A stretch of 64,000 nt of DNA from positions 87,052-151,051 of the forward strand of contig JAUXWS010000059.1 of the NCBI GenBank assembly GCA_030685015.1. Direction: 5' to 3'. Below the pieces are notes generated by a model. That model searched no databases. It saw nothing but the letters and a program-made list of their open reading frames with translations, and was not told where the DNA came from. Source of the stretch: a bacterium (GTDB lineage: Bacteria; CAIWAD01). Within the stretch, counting starts at the first letter, position 1. Every line of letters begins with the position of its first letter. Shown piece after piece: positions 26,482 to 36,028 of this stretch. The translations under genes and the position numbers were made by a program.

Positions 26482-26994
26482 TCACTCTCGCCGGCGGTTG
26501 GCTCCCAGCCAACGCTCAACCAGGTCCTCCTGCTCCGCCGTCTCCACGCTGCCTGGACGCAGGCGGCGGATGCGGGCCAGGGCGGTCGCGCCGTCCAGTC
26601 CCAGCTCACGACCCAGCAGGCAGGCGAGCAGGGTGCCCGTGCGGCCAACACCGGCGGCGCAGTGCAGGGCCAGGACCTGCCCTGGCGGCAGGGTGGAGAA
26701 GAGGCGCCCCAGCTCGTCGGCTTGTTCCAGGGACGGAGCCGTGTAGTCATCGACCGGCAGGTCGATCAGGTGCAGCCCGTCCAAGGTGGCGCGGGCGGCG
26801 GCGGGATAGGCTTCGCCGGTCAGGTTGACCAGTGCGGCGACGCCAGCCTCCCGCAGGAGGGCGGCGACGGCCTCAGGCCCTGCCTCGCGGCGGAAGGGCC
26901 AGCCCAGACCGGCCAGGCGGCCGGGCAGGACGATGGAGAAGTTGAGGCGGCGGGCCAGCGCAGCAGCATCCGGGCGCGCGGTGTCGTCGGTCAT
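26482..26994 (-). CDS. dual-specificity / protein-tyrosine-phosphatase-fold protein
   Basis: P-loop LHCAAGVGRTG (HCxxGxxR). It is the last gene of the minus-strand operon. Confidence 0.75.
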   Translation of the reverse strand: MTDDTARPDAAALARRLNFSIVLPGRLAGLGWPFRREAGPEAVAALLREAGVAALVNLTGEAYPAAARATLDGLHLIDLPVDDYTAPSLEQADELGRLFSTLPPGQVLALHCAAGVGRTGTLLACLLGRELGLDGATALARIRRLRPGSVETAEQEDLVERWLGANRRRE

Positions 26995-27000
26995 GACGTG

Positions 27001-27864
27001 TCAATTCCCTTTCTGCAGAGGCGATGTGCCCAGCAGGCGCAGGGCGTCCCGGAAGGCCGGACCCTCCACGTCCACCAGCTCCATGTCTCCCACGAAGTCA
27101 GGCAGGATGCGGCGGGCCAGGGCCTGGAAGGCCTCGGTGCGATCGCTGAAGACAAAGCGCCGGTGGCCCGGCTCCAGGTTGGGGGTGGCCAGGTCGCGTT
27201 CCGCCAGGATGGCCGCCAGCTCCCGCGCCGTGCCCTCCGCCGCGTCGACGATGCGCAGGCCCTCCCCCAGGACGCGGGCCATCGCGGGTTGAAGGAGCGG
27301 GTAGTGGGTGCAGCCCAGCACCAGGGTGTCGATGCGCGAGGGGCGGATGTCCCCCAGATAGTGGCGGATGACCGCCTCGGCCACCGGCCCGTCCACGATG
27401 CCGTCCTCCACCATGGGCACGAAGAGCGGACAGGCCCGGCTCAAGGTGCGCACCGAGGCGTCCAGCCGCGCCACGGCATCGGGATAAGCGCGGCTGGCCA
27501 CGGTGGAGGCCGTGCCCACCACCGCCACTTCGCCATTGCGCGTGGCCTCCACCGCCTGGCGGGCGCCCGCCTCGACCACGCCGATGACGGGGACGGGAAG
27601 CGCGTTGCGCAGGTCGGGCAGGGCCACGGCGCTCACCGTGTTGCAGGCGACGACAATGGCCTTTACCCGGTTGGCCAGCAGCCAGGCGGCGATCTCGCGG
27701 CTGAACTCGCGGATCACCCGCGGGCTGCGGATGCCGTAGGGGACGCGGGCGGTGTCGCCGAAGTAGATGAGATCCTCGCGGGGCAGCTGCGCCAGCACCT
27801 GGGCGACGACGGTGAGGCCGCCCACGCCGGAGTCGAACACGCCGATGGGCTGGGGGGAGGGCAT
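27001..27864 (-). CDS. murI: glutamate racemase
   Basis: ORF 27001..27960, with start at the ATG for MPSPQPIGVFDSGVGGLTV. Blocks ACNT (VVACNTVSAVAL) and GCTHYPLL match MurI. Confidence 0.85.
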   Translation of the reverse strand: MPSPQPIGVFDSGVGGLTVVAQVLAQLPREDLIYFGDTARVPYGIRSPRVIREFSREIAAWLLANRVKAIVVACNTVSAVALPDLRNALPVPVIGVVEAGARQAVEATRNGEVAVVGTASTVASRAYPDAVARLDASVRTLSRACPLFVPMVEDGIVDGPVAEAVIRHYLGDIRPSRIDTLVLGCTHYPLLQPAMARVLGEGLRIVDAAEGTARELAAILAERDLATPNLEPGHRRFVFSDRTEAFQALARRILPDFVGDMELVDVEGPAFRDALRLLGTSPLQKGN

Positions 27865-27869
27865 GGCGG

Positions 27870-29204
27870 CTACTCCTTCGGCTCGGGCAGCGCACAGACC
27901 AGGTCCCGGAAGCGCCGCCCCCGCTCCTCGAAGTTGACGAACTGGTCGAAGGAGGCGCACATGGGGCTTAGCAGGACGACGTCGCCCGGGCGGGACAAGG
28001 CCGCGGCCCGGGCCACGGCGCCGGCCAGGTTGTCCTCACGGTGCACGGCCAGCTTGTCCGCGAACCAGTCTCCGATGATGCCGCCGTCGCGGCCGAAGAC
28101 GACCAGCTCGCGCACCCGCTCCCTCACCAGCCCCTCCACCGTGCTGTAGTCGTCCGTTTTGGCCTCGCCGCCCGCCAGCAGGATGACGGAGCCGGGCGCG
28201 AAACCGACCAGGGCCTTGGCCGTGCTGTCCACGTTGGTGGCCTTGCTGTCGTTGATCCAGCGGACGCCCCGGCGCGTCCGCACGATCTCGATGCGGTGCT
28301 CGACGGGCGAGAAGTCCAGCATCGCCTGCCGCACAGTGGCCAGGTCGAGGCCGAGGTCGCGGGCGGCCAGCAGCACGGCGGCCATGTTCTCCAGGTTGTG
28401 GGCGCCGATGAGGCGCGGCGCGCCCGCCTCGATGAAGAGGCCGCCCGGCCACTCCTCCAGCCAGAGGCCGCGCTCGTCCACGCGCGCGGCGGCGGTCCGG
28501 CCGCCGGCGGAGAAGCGGTGGACGCGGCAGGAGAGGGAGTCGGCCCGAGGGGCCAGCAGCGGATCGTCGGCGTTGACCACCACGCAGCCGTCCTCCGCCA
28601 CCTGCTCGGCCAAGCGCCACTTGGCCGCCAGGTAGCCTTCCATGCTGCCGTGGCGGGCAAGGTGGTCCTCGCTCAGGTTGAGCAGCAGGGCGGCGCGCAC
28701 CCGCAGGTCGCGGCTCAACTCAAGCTGGTAGCTGCTCGCCTCCAGCACGGCCCAGTCCGGCGGCGGCTCCTCCAGCGCGACCAGGCTGAGCGGGTGGCCC
28801 ACGTTGCCGCAGGCCTCGGCCCGGCAGCCGCAGGCCTGGAGCACGGCCGCCGCCAGCAGAGTCGTCGTCGTCTTGCCGTTGGATCCGGTGACGGCCAGCA
28901 CCTCGCCGGCGAACCAGGTCCGTGCGAAATCCGGCTCGCTCTGCACGGGCAGGCCGCGCCGCAGAGCCTCCGCCACCAACGGATGGGACGGGGGGATCAC
29001 CGGGCTGGGCACAACCAGCGTCAGGTCGGAGGGCAGATCATTCCCCAGATGGACGGCCACCGGCAGGCCGGCCAGCTTCCCGCCCATCTGCTCCAGACTC
29101 AGCAGGTCGTCGTGGAGCAGGACCTCATGGCCGCGGGCCAGACCCAGCCGGGCCGCCGCCAGACCGCTGCGCGCCACGCCGATGATCAGCAGGCGGCCTG
29201 TCAT
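27870..29204 (-). CDS. murD: UDP-N-acetylmuramoyl-L-alanine--D-glutamate ligase
   Basis: Lies within ORF 27870..29792. Start at the ATG for MTGRLLIIGVARSGLAAARL, the MurD Rossmann N-terminus. Contains GSNGKTTTT. Its start overlaps the murE stop (ATGA). Confidence 0.9.
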   Translation of the reverse strand: MTGRLLIIGVARSGLAAARLGLARGHEVLLHDDLLSLEQMGGKLAGLPVAVHLGNDLPSDLTLVVPSPVIPPSHPLVAEALRRGLPVQSEPDFARTWFAGEVLAVTGSNGKTTTTLLAAAVLQACGCRAEACGNVGHPLSLVALEEPPPDWAVLEASSYQLELSRDLRVRAALLLNLSEDHLARHGSMEGYLAAKWRLAEQVAEDGCVVVNADDPLLAPRADSLSCRVHRFSAGGRTAAARVDERGLWLEEWPGGLFIEAGAPRLIGAHNLENMAAVLLAARDLGLDLATVRQAMLDFSPVEHRIEIVRTRRGVRWINDSKATNVDSTAKALVGFAPGSVILLAGGEAKTDDYSTVEGLVRERVRELVVFGRDGGIIGDWFADKLAVHREDNLAGAVARAAALSRPGDVVLLSPMCASFDQFVNFEERGRRFRDLVCALPEPKE

Positions 29205-30715
29205 GCCGGGCGCTCCCAGCATTGCCGCAGCACCTCGCGCTCGTCGAAGGGCCGCTTCTCGGTCCCGATCAGTTGATAGCGCTCGTGCCCCTTGCCCAGC
29301 AGCAGAAGCAGATCCTCCGGCCCCGCCTCCGCCAGCATGGCGGCGATGGCGGCGGCGCGATCGTCCAGGCGCGTGATGCGGGCGTCCCCGCCCTGCTCCG
29401 CCAGGATGTCGCCGAAGATCTGCGCCGGATCCTCGCCCCGGGGATTGTCCAGGGTCAGCCAGACACGGTCCGCGTGGACCAGCGCGATCCGCAGCATGAC
29501 CGGGCGCTTGCCACGGTCCCGCTCGCCGCCGCATCCGAAAAGCACGTGCAGGCGACGCCGGGGCAGGGCGGCCACTGCGGCGAAGGCCTTCTCGTAGCCG
29601 TCCGGGGAGTGGGCGTAGTCGATGAGGACGCGCGGGCCGCCCGCCAGGCGGAGGGGCTCCATGCGGCCGGGCACCGGATCCAGGTCGGCCATCAGCTCTC
29701 GCAGGCGGGGGCGGGGAATGCCCAGGGAGTCGGCCACGATCCAGGCCGCCGCGGCGTTGGAGGCGTTGTGGGAGCCGGGCAGGGGAATCCACAACTCTTC
29801 ATCGGCGCCGGGTCCCAGCAGGCGAAAGGCCTGTCCCTCGCCCTCGCCGCGTTCATCGGCGAGGCGCCAGTCGACCCCCGCCTCTCGGCCGAAGGTGACG
29901 ACGGGGAGGGGGTCCAGCTCCTGTGCCAGCCGCCGGCCCCAGGTACAGTCCGTGTTCACCAGGCGCAGTTCCGCCTCGGGGCGGCGCAGGAAGGATGCCT
30001 TCACCCGGAAGTAGTCCTCCATGCCCTGATGATAGTCGAGATGCTCCGGGCTGAGGTTGAGGAAGACGGCGCTGCGGAAGCCGAAGACCGCTTCCCGGCG
30101 CTGATGGATGGCGTGGCTGGAGACCTCCATCACCAGATGCCGTCCGCCCGCCTCCAGCAGCCTGCTGGCGAAGGCGGCCAGCCAGGGGGAGTCCGGCGTG
30201 GTGAGCGTGGCGGGGGCGGCTTCGCCGCCGCCCAGGCGGCTGCAGATGGTGCCCACGAGGCCGGCCCGGGGATCCAGCGGTCGCAGGAGCTGCTGCAGGA
30301 TCCAGGTGGTGCTGGTCTTCCCGTTGGTCCCGGTGACGCCATGCACGACGAGGTCCGCTTGTTCCAGGCCGGCGATGCGGGCCACGGCGCGGGGCAGCCA
30401 ATCCTGCGTGTCCTCGACCACCAGTTGGCCCGGCGTCCGGCGCAGGGGTTCCTCCTGGGCGAGGTGCCAGCCGGCCTCCACCACGCAGGGGAAGCCGTTG
30501 GCCAGCAGGGCGGGCGCATGGCCGTGTCCGTCGTGGGAGTATCCGCGCAGCGCCACGAAGAGGTCCCCCGGGCGGCAGCGGCGCGAGTCCGTGCGCAGGA
30601 GGGGACCGTCGCCACCCAGCTCCTCAAGGCCCCAGGGTCCCCCCGCCTCCAGTTGGAGGCGCCGGACACCCGGGAGGGCGCAGAGCCATCCCAGCGATGC
30701 TTCGCGTCGTGTCAT
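29201..30715 (-). CDS. murE: UDP-N-acetylmuramoyl-L-alanyl-D-glutamate--2,6-diaminopimelate ligase
   Basis: Lies within ORF 29201..31240. Start at the ATG for MTRREASLGW. Contains GTNGKTST and the DNPRGEDP (DNPR) meso-DAP specificity motif. ATGA overlap with the upstream sugar transferase. Confidence 0.9.
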   Translation of the reverse strand: MTRREASLGWLCALPGVRRLQLEAGGPWGLEELGGDGPLLRTDSRRCRPGDLFVALRGYSHDGHGHAPALLANGFPCVVEAGWHLAQEEPLRRTPGQLVVEDTQDWLPRAVARIAGLEQADLVVHGVTGTNGKTSTTWILQQLLRPLDPRAGLVGTICSRLGGGEAAPATLTTPDSPWLAAFASRLLEAGGRHLVMEVSSHAIHQRREAVFGFRSAVFLNLSPEHLDYHQGMEDYFRVKASFLRRPEAELRLVNTDCTWGRRLAQELDPLPVVTFGREAGVDWRLADERGEGEGQAFRLLGPGADEELWIPLPGSHNASNAAAAWIVADSLGIPRPRLRELMADLDPVPGRMEPLRLAGGPRVLIDYAHSPDGYEKAFAAVAALPRRRLHVLFGCGGERDRGKRPVMLRIALVHADRVWLTLDNPRGEDPAQIFGDILAEQGGDARITRLDDRAAAIAAMLAEAGPEDLLLLLGKGHERYQLIGTEKRPFDEREVLRQCWERPA

Positions 30716-32040
30716 GTGCGCAGCTTTCCCACCCGGGGCTGTCGCAGACTGCGCAGACCCTTGAGCACGGACTCCAGCATGATGCGCAGATCCATTTGCG
30801 GCGACCAGTTCATGGCGTAATACATGTCCATGGCCAGGCGTTGGCCCGGCTCGAAGTAGCCATAGTCGCTCACTTGCCAGAGGCCGGTGAGGCCGGGGCG
30901 GATGCGGGCGAAGGCCGCCAGATCCCCGGGATAGGTCTCGAACTCGCGCTCGATGAGCGGCGCGGGACCCACCAGGCTTTGCGATCCGACCAGCACGCCC
31001 AGCAGCTCCGGCACTTTGTAGAGTCCGGACTGGAAGAGCCAGCCGCCCCGCTCGTAGTCCACACGCAGCTGGAGCAGGGTGAGAGGGCGCCGCGTGAGGT
31101 CGTAGCGACGGATGCGCATGAGGGGTCGGCCCCGCAGGAAGGGCGTGGCCGCCACCACGGTCAACAGCACGAGCGGCAATCCGAGGAGGCCGGCTGTCAG
31201 GTCGACCAGGCGCTTGAGCAAGCGCTTGGCGGGTCGCCACAGGCTTTGCTCCAGGGACAACAGCGGCTGGTCGTCGAGGCGCACGATGCGGGCCCCCATC
31301 AGGGCCATGGTGGCGGCGTCGGGCACCAGCTCGATCGTGCGCACCCGGATCTCGAACTTGCGCAGCACGGTGGTAAGGCGGCGTCGCGGCATGCCCTCCA
31401 TGAAGACGACCACCTTCTGCAGGCCCTTGTCCGACACCAGGTGGTCGACCTGCTCATTGCATTCCGGCCGGAAGTCCTCGCCCTGCTCATCAAACAGCTC
31501 ACCCGGCGCCAGGCGGGCCAGTTCATCGTTGCCGCGACGGAAGCGGTCGCGGCCCACGGCGTCCAGAAAGGCCTCCACGCGGGTCGGGCTGCCGATGAAA
31601 AGCATGGGCGCCCGCAGCAGTCCGCCGCGCTGGATGAGCTGCCAGGCCGCCACACGAGCCACAGGCAGAAGGAGGAGGAGCCAGCCCATGGCGAATAGGG
31701 TTCCCAGGCGACTGAACTCGAAATCCAGGCGGAAGATGACGAGATAGGCGAGGACGACGGGGAAAAGCCAGGCCACGACCTGCAGGGAGCCGTAGACCTG
31801 GCGGCGCAACCCCAGGTCGCCGAAGCGGTAGAGGCGGGCCCGGGCGGCGAAGATCACCAGCAGGATGGAGGCCGGCGCCAGCACGTCCAAGTAGAGGCTC
31901 CAGGGCTGCTGGACGCTGACCAGCCCGGGCAGCAGCGGCGGCAGCAGCATGAAGCGGGTCCACCAGCCCAGCCAGAAGGCCAGCAGCAGGCAGGCAAGGT
32001 CCACCAGGACAAGCCCGGCGCGCAGCAGGTAGCGGGTCAT
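30712..32040 (-). CDS. bacterial sugar transferase family (polyprenyl-phosphate glycosyl-1-phosphate transferase, WbaP/EpsL-like)
   Basis: Lies within ORF 30712..32754. Start at the ATG for MTRYLLRAGLVLVDLACLLL. N-terminal TM helices. C-terminal catalytic blocks SLVGPAPL and RPGLTGLWQV. Confidence 0.8.
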   Translation of the reverse strand: MTRYLLRAGLVLVDLACLLLAFWLGWWTRFMLLPPLLPGLVSVQQPWSLYLDVLAPASILLVIFAARARLYRFGDLGLRRQVYGSLQVVAWLFPVVLAYLVIFRLDFEFSRLGTLFAMGWLLLLLPVARVAAWQLIQRGGLLRAPMLFIGSPTRVEAFLDAVGRDRFRRGNDELARLAPGELFDEQGEDFRPECNEQVDHLVSDKGLQKVVVFMEGMPRRRLTTVLRKFEIRVRTIELVPDAATMALMGARIVRLDDQPLLSLEQSLWRPAKRLLKRLVDLTAGLLGLPLVLLTVVAATPFLRGRPLMRIRRYDLTRRPLTLLQLRVDYERGGWLFQSGLYKVPELLGVLVGSQSLVGPAPLIEREFETYPGDLAAFARIRPGLTGLWQVSDYGYFEPGQRLAMDMYYAMNWSPQMDLRIMLESVLKGLRSLRQPRVGKLRT

Positions 32041-32960
32041 CAGGCGGGGCGCGTGCGCTTGAAGAGGTTGAAGACAAGCAGGACGGCCATGCGCAGGTAG
32101 ATGCCGAGGTGGACGAGGGCGGTGGTGGCCCAGGAGTAGTGGCGGCGGTAGTGCTTGTTGTAGAAGATGCGCATGGAGTCGTGGAAGTGGAAGATGACCC
32201 AGGGGGCGCGCTTGTTGGTGGTGCCGCCCTTGCGGTGCAGCATGGCCACGTCGCCCAGGTACCAGACCTCGCCGCCCCGCTGCTTGACGCGGTAACAGAG
32301 GTCGATGTCCTCCCCGTAGAAGAAGAAGTCCTCGTCGAAGGGACCGGGGGGCAGCGCCTCGCGCCTCGCCATGAGGAAGGCGCCCACCAGACTGTCCACC
32401 TGGTAGCGTTCCTCCTCCGGCATGTAGCGCAGGTCGTAGGCGGCGAAGCGCCGACTGCGCGGGAAGAGGCGGTTGAAGCCCAGCAGTTTCCACAGCGACA
32501 CGGAGGGCGTGGGGAAGGATCGGCGGCAAGCGCTGTCCAAGCTGCCGTCGCTCTTGAGCAGGCGGCAGCCGGCCAGGGCGGCCTGCGGCTCCGCGTCCAG
32601 GAAGGCCGCCACCTGGCGCAGGGCGTCGTTCTGCACTTCCGTGTCCGAGTTGAGGAAGAGGAGGAGGCGTCCTCTGGCCTGGCGGGCAGCGATGTTGTTG
32701 GCCTCGCCGAAGCCGATGCCGCGATCCAGCCGCAGGAAATGGAGCCAGGGGCAAGCCGCGGCCAGCCGCCCTCCGGAGCCGTCGCTGGAGCCGTTGTCCA
32801 CCAGGAACACCTCCACCGCAAGGCCATTCCGCTCGCGCAGGATGGACTCCAGGCAGGCCCGGGTGAGCGCCTCCGTGTTGAAGTGGACGACGATGATCGA
32901 AAGATCGGGCGTCGCGACAGCCGGCAGGGCGGGGCGGTTCTCCACCAGGCGCGCGCTCAC
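32040..32960 (-). CDS. family 2 glycosyltransferase
   Basis: Lies within ORF 32040..33665. GTG start (VSARLVENRP...) overlapping the rlmN stop (GTGA). Blocks SIIVVHFN and FLVDNGSSDGS (DxD-type region). Codon arithmetic gives 306 aa. Confidence 0.7.
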   Translation of the reverse strand: MSARLVENRPALPAVATPDLSIIVVHFNTEALTRACLESILRERNGLAVEVFLVDNGSSDGSGGRLAAACPWLHFLRLDRGIGFGEANNIAARQARGRLLLFLNSDTEVQNDALRQVAAFLDAEPQAALAGCRLLKSDGSLDSACRRSFPTPSVSLWKLLGFNRLFPRSRRFAAYDLRYMPEEERYQVDSLVGAFLMARREALPPGPFDEDFFFYGEDIDLCYRVKQRGGEVWYLGDVAMLHRKGGTTNKRAPWVIFHFHDSMRIFYNKHYRRHYSWATTALVHLGIYLRMAVLLVFNLFKRTRPA

Positions 32961-34039
32961 GGGGCGGCCTCGCGGCGCTCTTCCTTGACGAGCAACTGGC
33001 CGCAGGCGGCGTCGATGTCGGTGCCCATGTTCTGCCGCAGGGTGACAGCGAAGGGCGCGGTCTGCAGGTCGGCGAAGAAGCGCTGGTAGATCTCCGCCCC
33101 GCTGGATTGGAAGCCGCGCTCCGTCGGGTTGTAATAGATCAGGTTGAGTTTGCAGGGGAGGCGGGAGAGGCGGGCGCGCAGGCCGCGGACGTCCTCCCGG
33201 GTATCGTTGACGCCCTCCATCAGGATGTACTCGAATGTGACGCGCTGGCCGGTCCGCTCGGTCCAGTCCTTGCAGGCGGCGAAAAGATCGTCCAGGGGAT
33301 ACTTGCGGTTGATGGGCATCAGGCGCGAACGCTTCTCGTCGGTGACGGCGTTGAGGGAGACAGCCAGCTTGCAGGGCAGGTCTTCTTCGGCCATCCGCCG
33401 GATCTGCGGCACAAGCCCGGCGGTGGAGACCGTCATGCGGCGACGGCTGAGCCCCAGCCCGCGGTTGTCGTGCAGCAGGCGGAGGGCCCGGGCCACGTTG
33501 TCGTAGTTGTGCAGGGGCTCGCCCATGCCCATGAACACGACGTTGCTCAGCTGGAGGCCTTCCTGGGCATTCACCCAGAGGACCTGCTGGACGATCTCGG
33601 CCGCGCTCAGATGGCGGCGGAAGCCCATGGTCGCCGTGGCGCAGAAGGCGCAATCCAGGGCGCAACCCACCTGGGTGGAGACGCAGAGCGTGCTGCGGCG
33701 CTCAAAGCCCATCCAGACGGCCTCGATGCGGGCGCCGTCGGCCAGGCGGAAGAGGAACTTCTCGCAGTTGGACACGGCGCTTCGCACGCGCCGCGCCGGC
33801 TCGATCTCGAGGACGGCGTAGCGCTCCGCCAGGTCGCGGCGCAGGTCGCGGGCCAGGTTGGTCATGTCCTGGAAGTCGAAGGTGCGGCGGGCATGGATCC
33901 AGTTGAAAATCTGGTCGGCGCGCCAGGGCGCCAGTCCCTCCGCCGCAAGGCGCTCCCGCAGGCTTTCCAGGCTGTCGCCGGCCAGGCTGGGGCGGGCTTG
34001 GACAGGGGGGGGCGGAGTCTGGCTGGCGAGCGACAGCAC
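32957..34039 (-). CDS. rlmN: 23S rRNA (adenine2503-C2)-methyltransferase RlmN (radical SAM)
   Basis: Lies within ORF 32957..34489. The RlmN body begins near LESLRERLAAEGLAPWRADQIFNWIH. Radical-SAM CxxxCxxC block CALDCAFCATA. Start uncertain: the GTG at 34039 is chosen because the upstream ORF portion overlaps the receiver gene and is non-conserved, Pro/Arg/Gly-rich sequence. Confidence 0.75.
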   Translation of the reverse strand: MLSLASQTPPPPVQARPSLAGDSLESLRERLAAEGLAPWRADQIFNWIHARRTFDFQDMTNLARDLRRDLAERYAVLEIEPARRVRSAVSNCEKFLFRLADGARIEAVWMGFERRSTLCVSTQVGCALDCAFCATATMGFRRHLSAAEIVQQVLWVNAQEGLQLSNVVFMGMGEPLHNYDNVARALRLLHDNRGLGLSRRRMTVSTAGLVPQIRRMAEEDLPCKLAVSLNAVTDEKRSRLMPINRKYPLDDLFAACKDWTERTGQRVTFEYILMEGVNDTREDVRGLRARLSRLPCKLNLIYYNPTERGFQSSGAEIYQRFFADLQTAPFAVTLRQNMGTDIDAACGQLLVKEERREAAP

Positions 34040-34059
34040 GGGTGCGGGGCCCTCCGGGC

Positions 34060-34443
34060 CTAGCTGGACGGCGACAGCTGGGAGTCGATGCAGGACTTCA
34101 AATCCACCATTCGATAGGGTTTGAACAGGTGTGGTGGATCCCCGGCGGGGGGATCCGGATCGGGGTCCCCGCTGCAGAAGATGGCCGGGGCGTCGGGCCG
34201 GATGCGCCGCAGCTCCAACAGCAGTTGGCGTCCCGTCATGCCGGGCAGGTTGAGGTCCAGCATCAGCAGGTCGAAGCGGGCGGGATCCTGCTTGAAGACG
34301 GCCAGCGCCGCGGGACCATCGACCACGGCCGTGACCTGGTAACCCAACAGGGTCAGCATTTGCGTGCTGATGTCGCGGACAGCTTCCTCGTCCTCGACGA
34401 GCAGGATATGCGGCGTCACGCCCGGCTCCCCTGTTGAATCCAC
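34060..34443 (-). CDS. single-domain response regulator (CheY-like receiver)
   Basis: ILLVEDEEAVRD...LLMLDLNLPGMTG...LFKP carries the phospho-acceptor Asp and conserved Lys blocks. Confidence 0.75.
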   Translation of the reverse strand: MDSTGEPGVTPHILLVEDEEAVRDISTQMLTLLGYQVTAVVDGPAALAVFKQDPARFDLLMLDLNLPGMTGRQLLLELRRIRPDAPAIFCSGDPDPDPPAGDPPHLFKPYRMVDLKSCIDSQLSPSS

Positions 34444-34522
34444 ACAATTTCTCCCCTGTGAAGGAAGGAAAACAACGGCTTGGGTTCAAGCTGAAGGCCC
34501 TGCTTGAGCCCTGACCGATGCC

Positions 34523-35005
34523 TCAGATCACCCTGTCCCGGCCCAGGAGACGGCTGGCCATTGACAGGCATCCAGTATGGTGCGCCTCGTGGTGGGACAG
34601 GTGCACCAACACTTCCGCCTTGGTGGCGAAGAAGCGGCTGGACTCCACCGGGGGGGACTTCAGCATGGCCGTCGTCGCCTTTTCCAGCCAGGCGGTCAGA
34701 TCCTGGCGGCGCTCCGCCAGGACGGCGCGGCATTCATCCGCGCCGGGCAGCTGATCGCATTCCGCGGGAGGGCAGCCCAGACCGAAGAGGGCGGGCCAGC
34801 GCTCGTCCCAGGTCCGCTGCCCGTTGAGCAGATAGAGAAAAAGGCCGCGATGGTAGGCCAGATGGCCCAGGGTCCACAGGGCGCAATTGGGCAGGTCCGG
34901 CGGCAGGGCCGTCCAGTCGTCGCCGGAAAGGCGGCTGGTGAAGGTATCGATGAACATGTCGCTACGCTCCAGGCCCAACCAGAACGCCTTGGCCATGGGA
35001 TCCAT
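34523..35005 (-). CDS. DinB/YfiT-like (DinB_2, DUF664) four-helix-bundle metal-binding protein
   Basis: His-rich motifs LGHLAYH and HLSHHEAHHTG are typical of the DinB_2 superfamily. Confidence 0.65.
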   Translation of the reverse strand: MDPMAKAFWLGLERSDMFIDTFTSRLSGDDWTALPPDLPNCALWTLGHLAYHRGLFLYLLNGQRTWDERWPALFGLGCPPAECDQLPGADECRAVLAERRQDLTAWLEKATTAMLKSPPVESSRFFATKAEVLVHLSHHEAHHTGCLSMASRLLGRDRVI

Positions 35006-35059
35006 CCGGGTCCACCTCTGTTCTTGAGATAGGAGGTCGGGACGCGACGCGTCGCGTCC

Positions 35060-35863
35060 CTACGGCCGCGGCCGGTAATTCCTCCTCGCCTCGGGCATCA
35101 GCTTCCTTAGCTTGGCGATGCGCGCGGCATCCGAGGGATGGGTGCTGAGGAATTCCGGCGGCTCCCCCCCCTTGCCCGCCGACATGCGCTGCCAGAAGCC
35201 CACCGCCGCCTCCGGGTTGTAGCCGGCCATCGCCATGAAGATGAGGCCCATGCGGTCGGCCTCGCTCTCGTGGGTGCGGCTGTAAGGCAGCATCACTCCC
35301 AGGGTGGAACCCAGGCCGTAGGCCGTCATCCACAATTGCTGGGTCTCCGCCGGCTTCTGCTCCAGGTAGGTGGAGAGCGCCAAGCCGCCGAACTGCTGCA
35401 GCATGCCCTGGCTCATCCGCTCGTCGCCGTGGCGGGCGATGGCGTGGGCGATCTCGTGCCCCATCACCACGGCCAGGCCCGCCTCGTCCTGCGCCACCGG
35501 CAGCAGACCCGAGTAGACGACCACCTTGCCCCCCGGCATGCACCAGGCGTTCACCTCGTCGCCTTCCACCAGGTTGAACTCCCAGTCATAACCGGCCAGC
35601 TGGTCGGTCAGGCCTTTGCGGGTCATGTACTCTTCCACGGCGGCCTGGATGCGACCCCCCACCCGCGCCACCATGGCACTCTGGGTCGTGTTGGCGATGC
35701 GCGGATTCGTTTTGATGAACTCGTCGTACTGCTGGTAGCTCACGGCCTGCATCTGGGATGCCGGCACCAGGGCCAATTGACGGCGGCCCGTCAGCGGGAC
35801 CGTGCTGCAGGCGGCGATCAGCAGCAGGATCGCCAACGCAGCGGGGAAGGTGCGGTTGTACAT
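35060..35863 (-). CDS. M48-family zinc metallopeptidase, lipoprotein
   Basis: ORF 35060..35899, with start at the ATG preceded by an AGGAG RBS. Lipobox LLIAACS. HExxH in VMGHEIAHAIARH. M48-like ESEADRMG block. Confidence 0.8.
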   Translation of the reverse strand: MYNRTFPAALAILLLIAACSTVPLTGRRQLALVPASQMQAVSYQQYDEFIKTNPRIANTTQSAMVARVGGRIQAAVEEYMTRKGLTDQLAGYDWEFNLVEGDEVNAWCMPGGKVVVYSGLLPVAQDEAGLAVVMGHEIAHAIARHGDERMSQGMLQQFGGLALSTYLEQKPAETQQLWMTAYGLGSTLGVMLPYSRTHESEADRMGLIFMAMAGYNPEAAVGFWQRMSAGKGGEPPEFLSTHPSDAARIAKLRKLMPEARRNYRPRP

Positions 35864-36028
35864 GGAAGACTCCTGATTTCTTTGGCTCCAATATCGCACT
35901 CGCAGCTAGTTGGAACGGGAACAATGGGAGCCTGATCCGTCCAATCAGCGGCGCCTTCCCGACAGGCTGCTAGAGGGCCTGGGCGGGAACCAGGAGGCAG
36001 GCGGGCAGCCAAACGATGGGCCAGGACC

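Noticed and set aside
26069-26512. Cys-rich 147-aa minus-strand ORF in the intergenic gap
   Set aside because: It overlaps the terminator hairpins and has no RBS. Composition suggests a chance ORF.
29201-31240. Single 679-aa ORF suggesting one giant MurE
   Set aside because: The MurE homology begins at an internal ATG (30715). The upstream 175 codons are Pro/Arg-rich and overlap the real sugar transferase gene in another frame.
26362-31698. Long plus-strand ORFs: 26362..28149, 28041..29276, 29222..30820, 30697..31698
   Set aside because: They are antisense to murI, murD, murE and the sugar transferase, all of which have strong signature motifs on the minus strand.
32957-34489. 510-aa RlmN ORF with a 150-aa N-terminal extension, TTG start in the track
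   Set aside because: The extension overlaps the receiver-domain gene in a different frame and is non-conserved Pro/Arg/Gly-rich sequence. RlmN homology starts near 34039.
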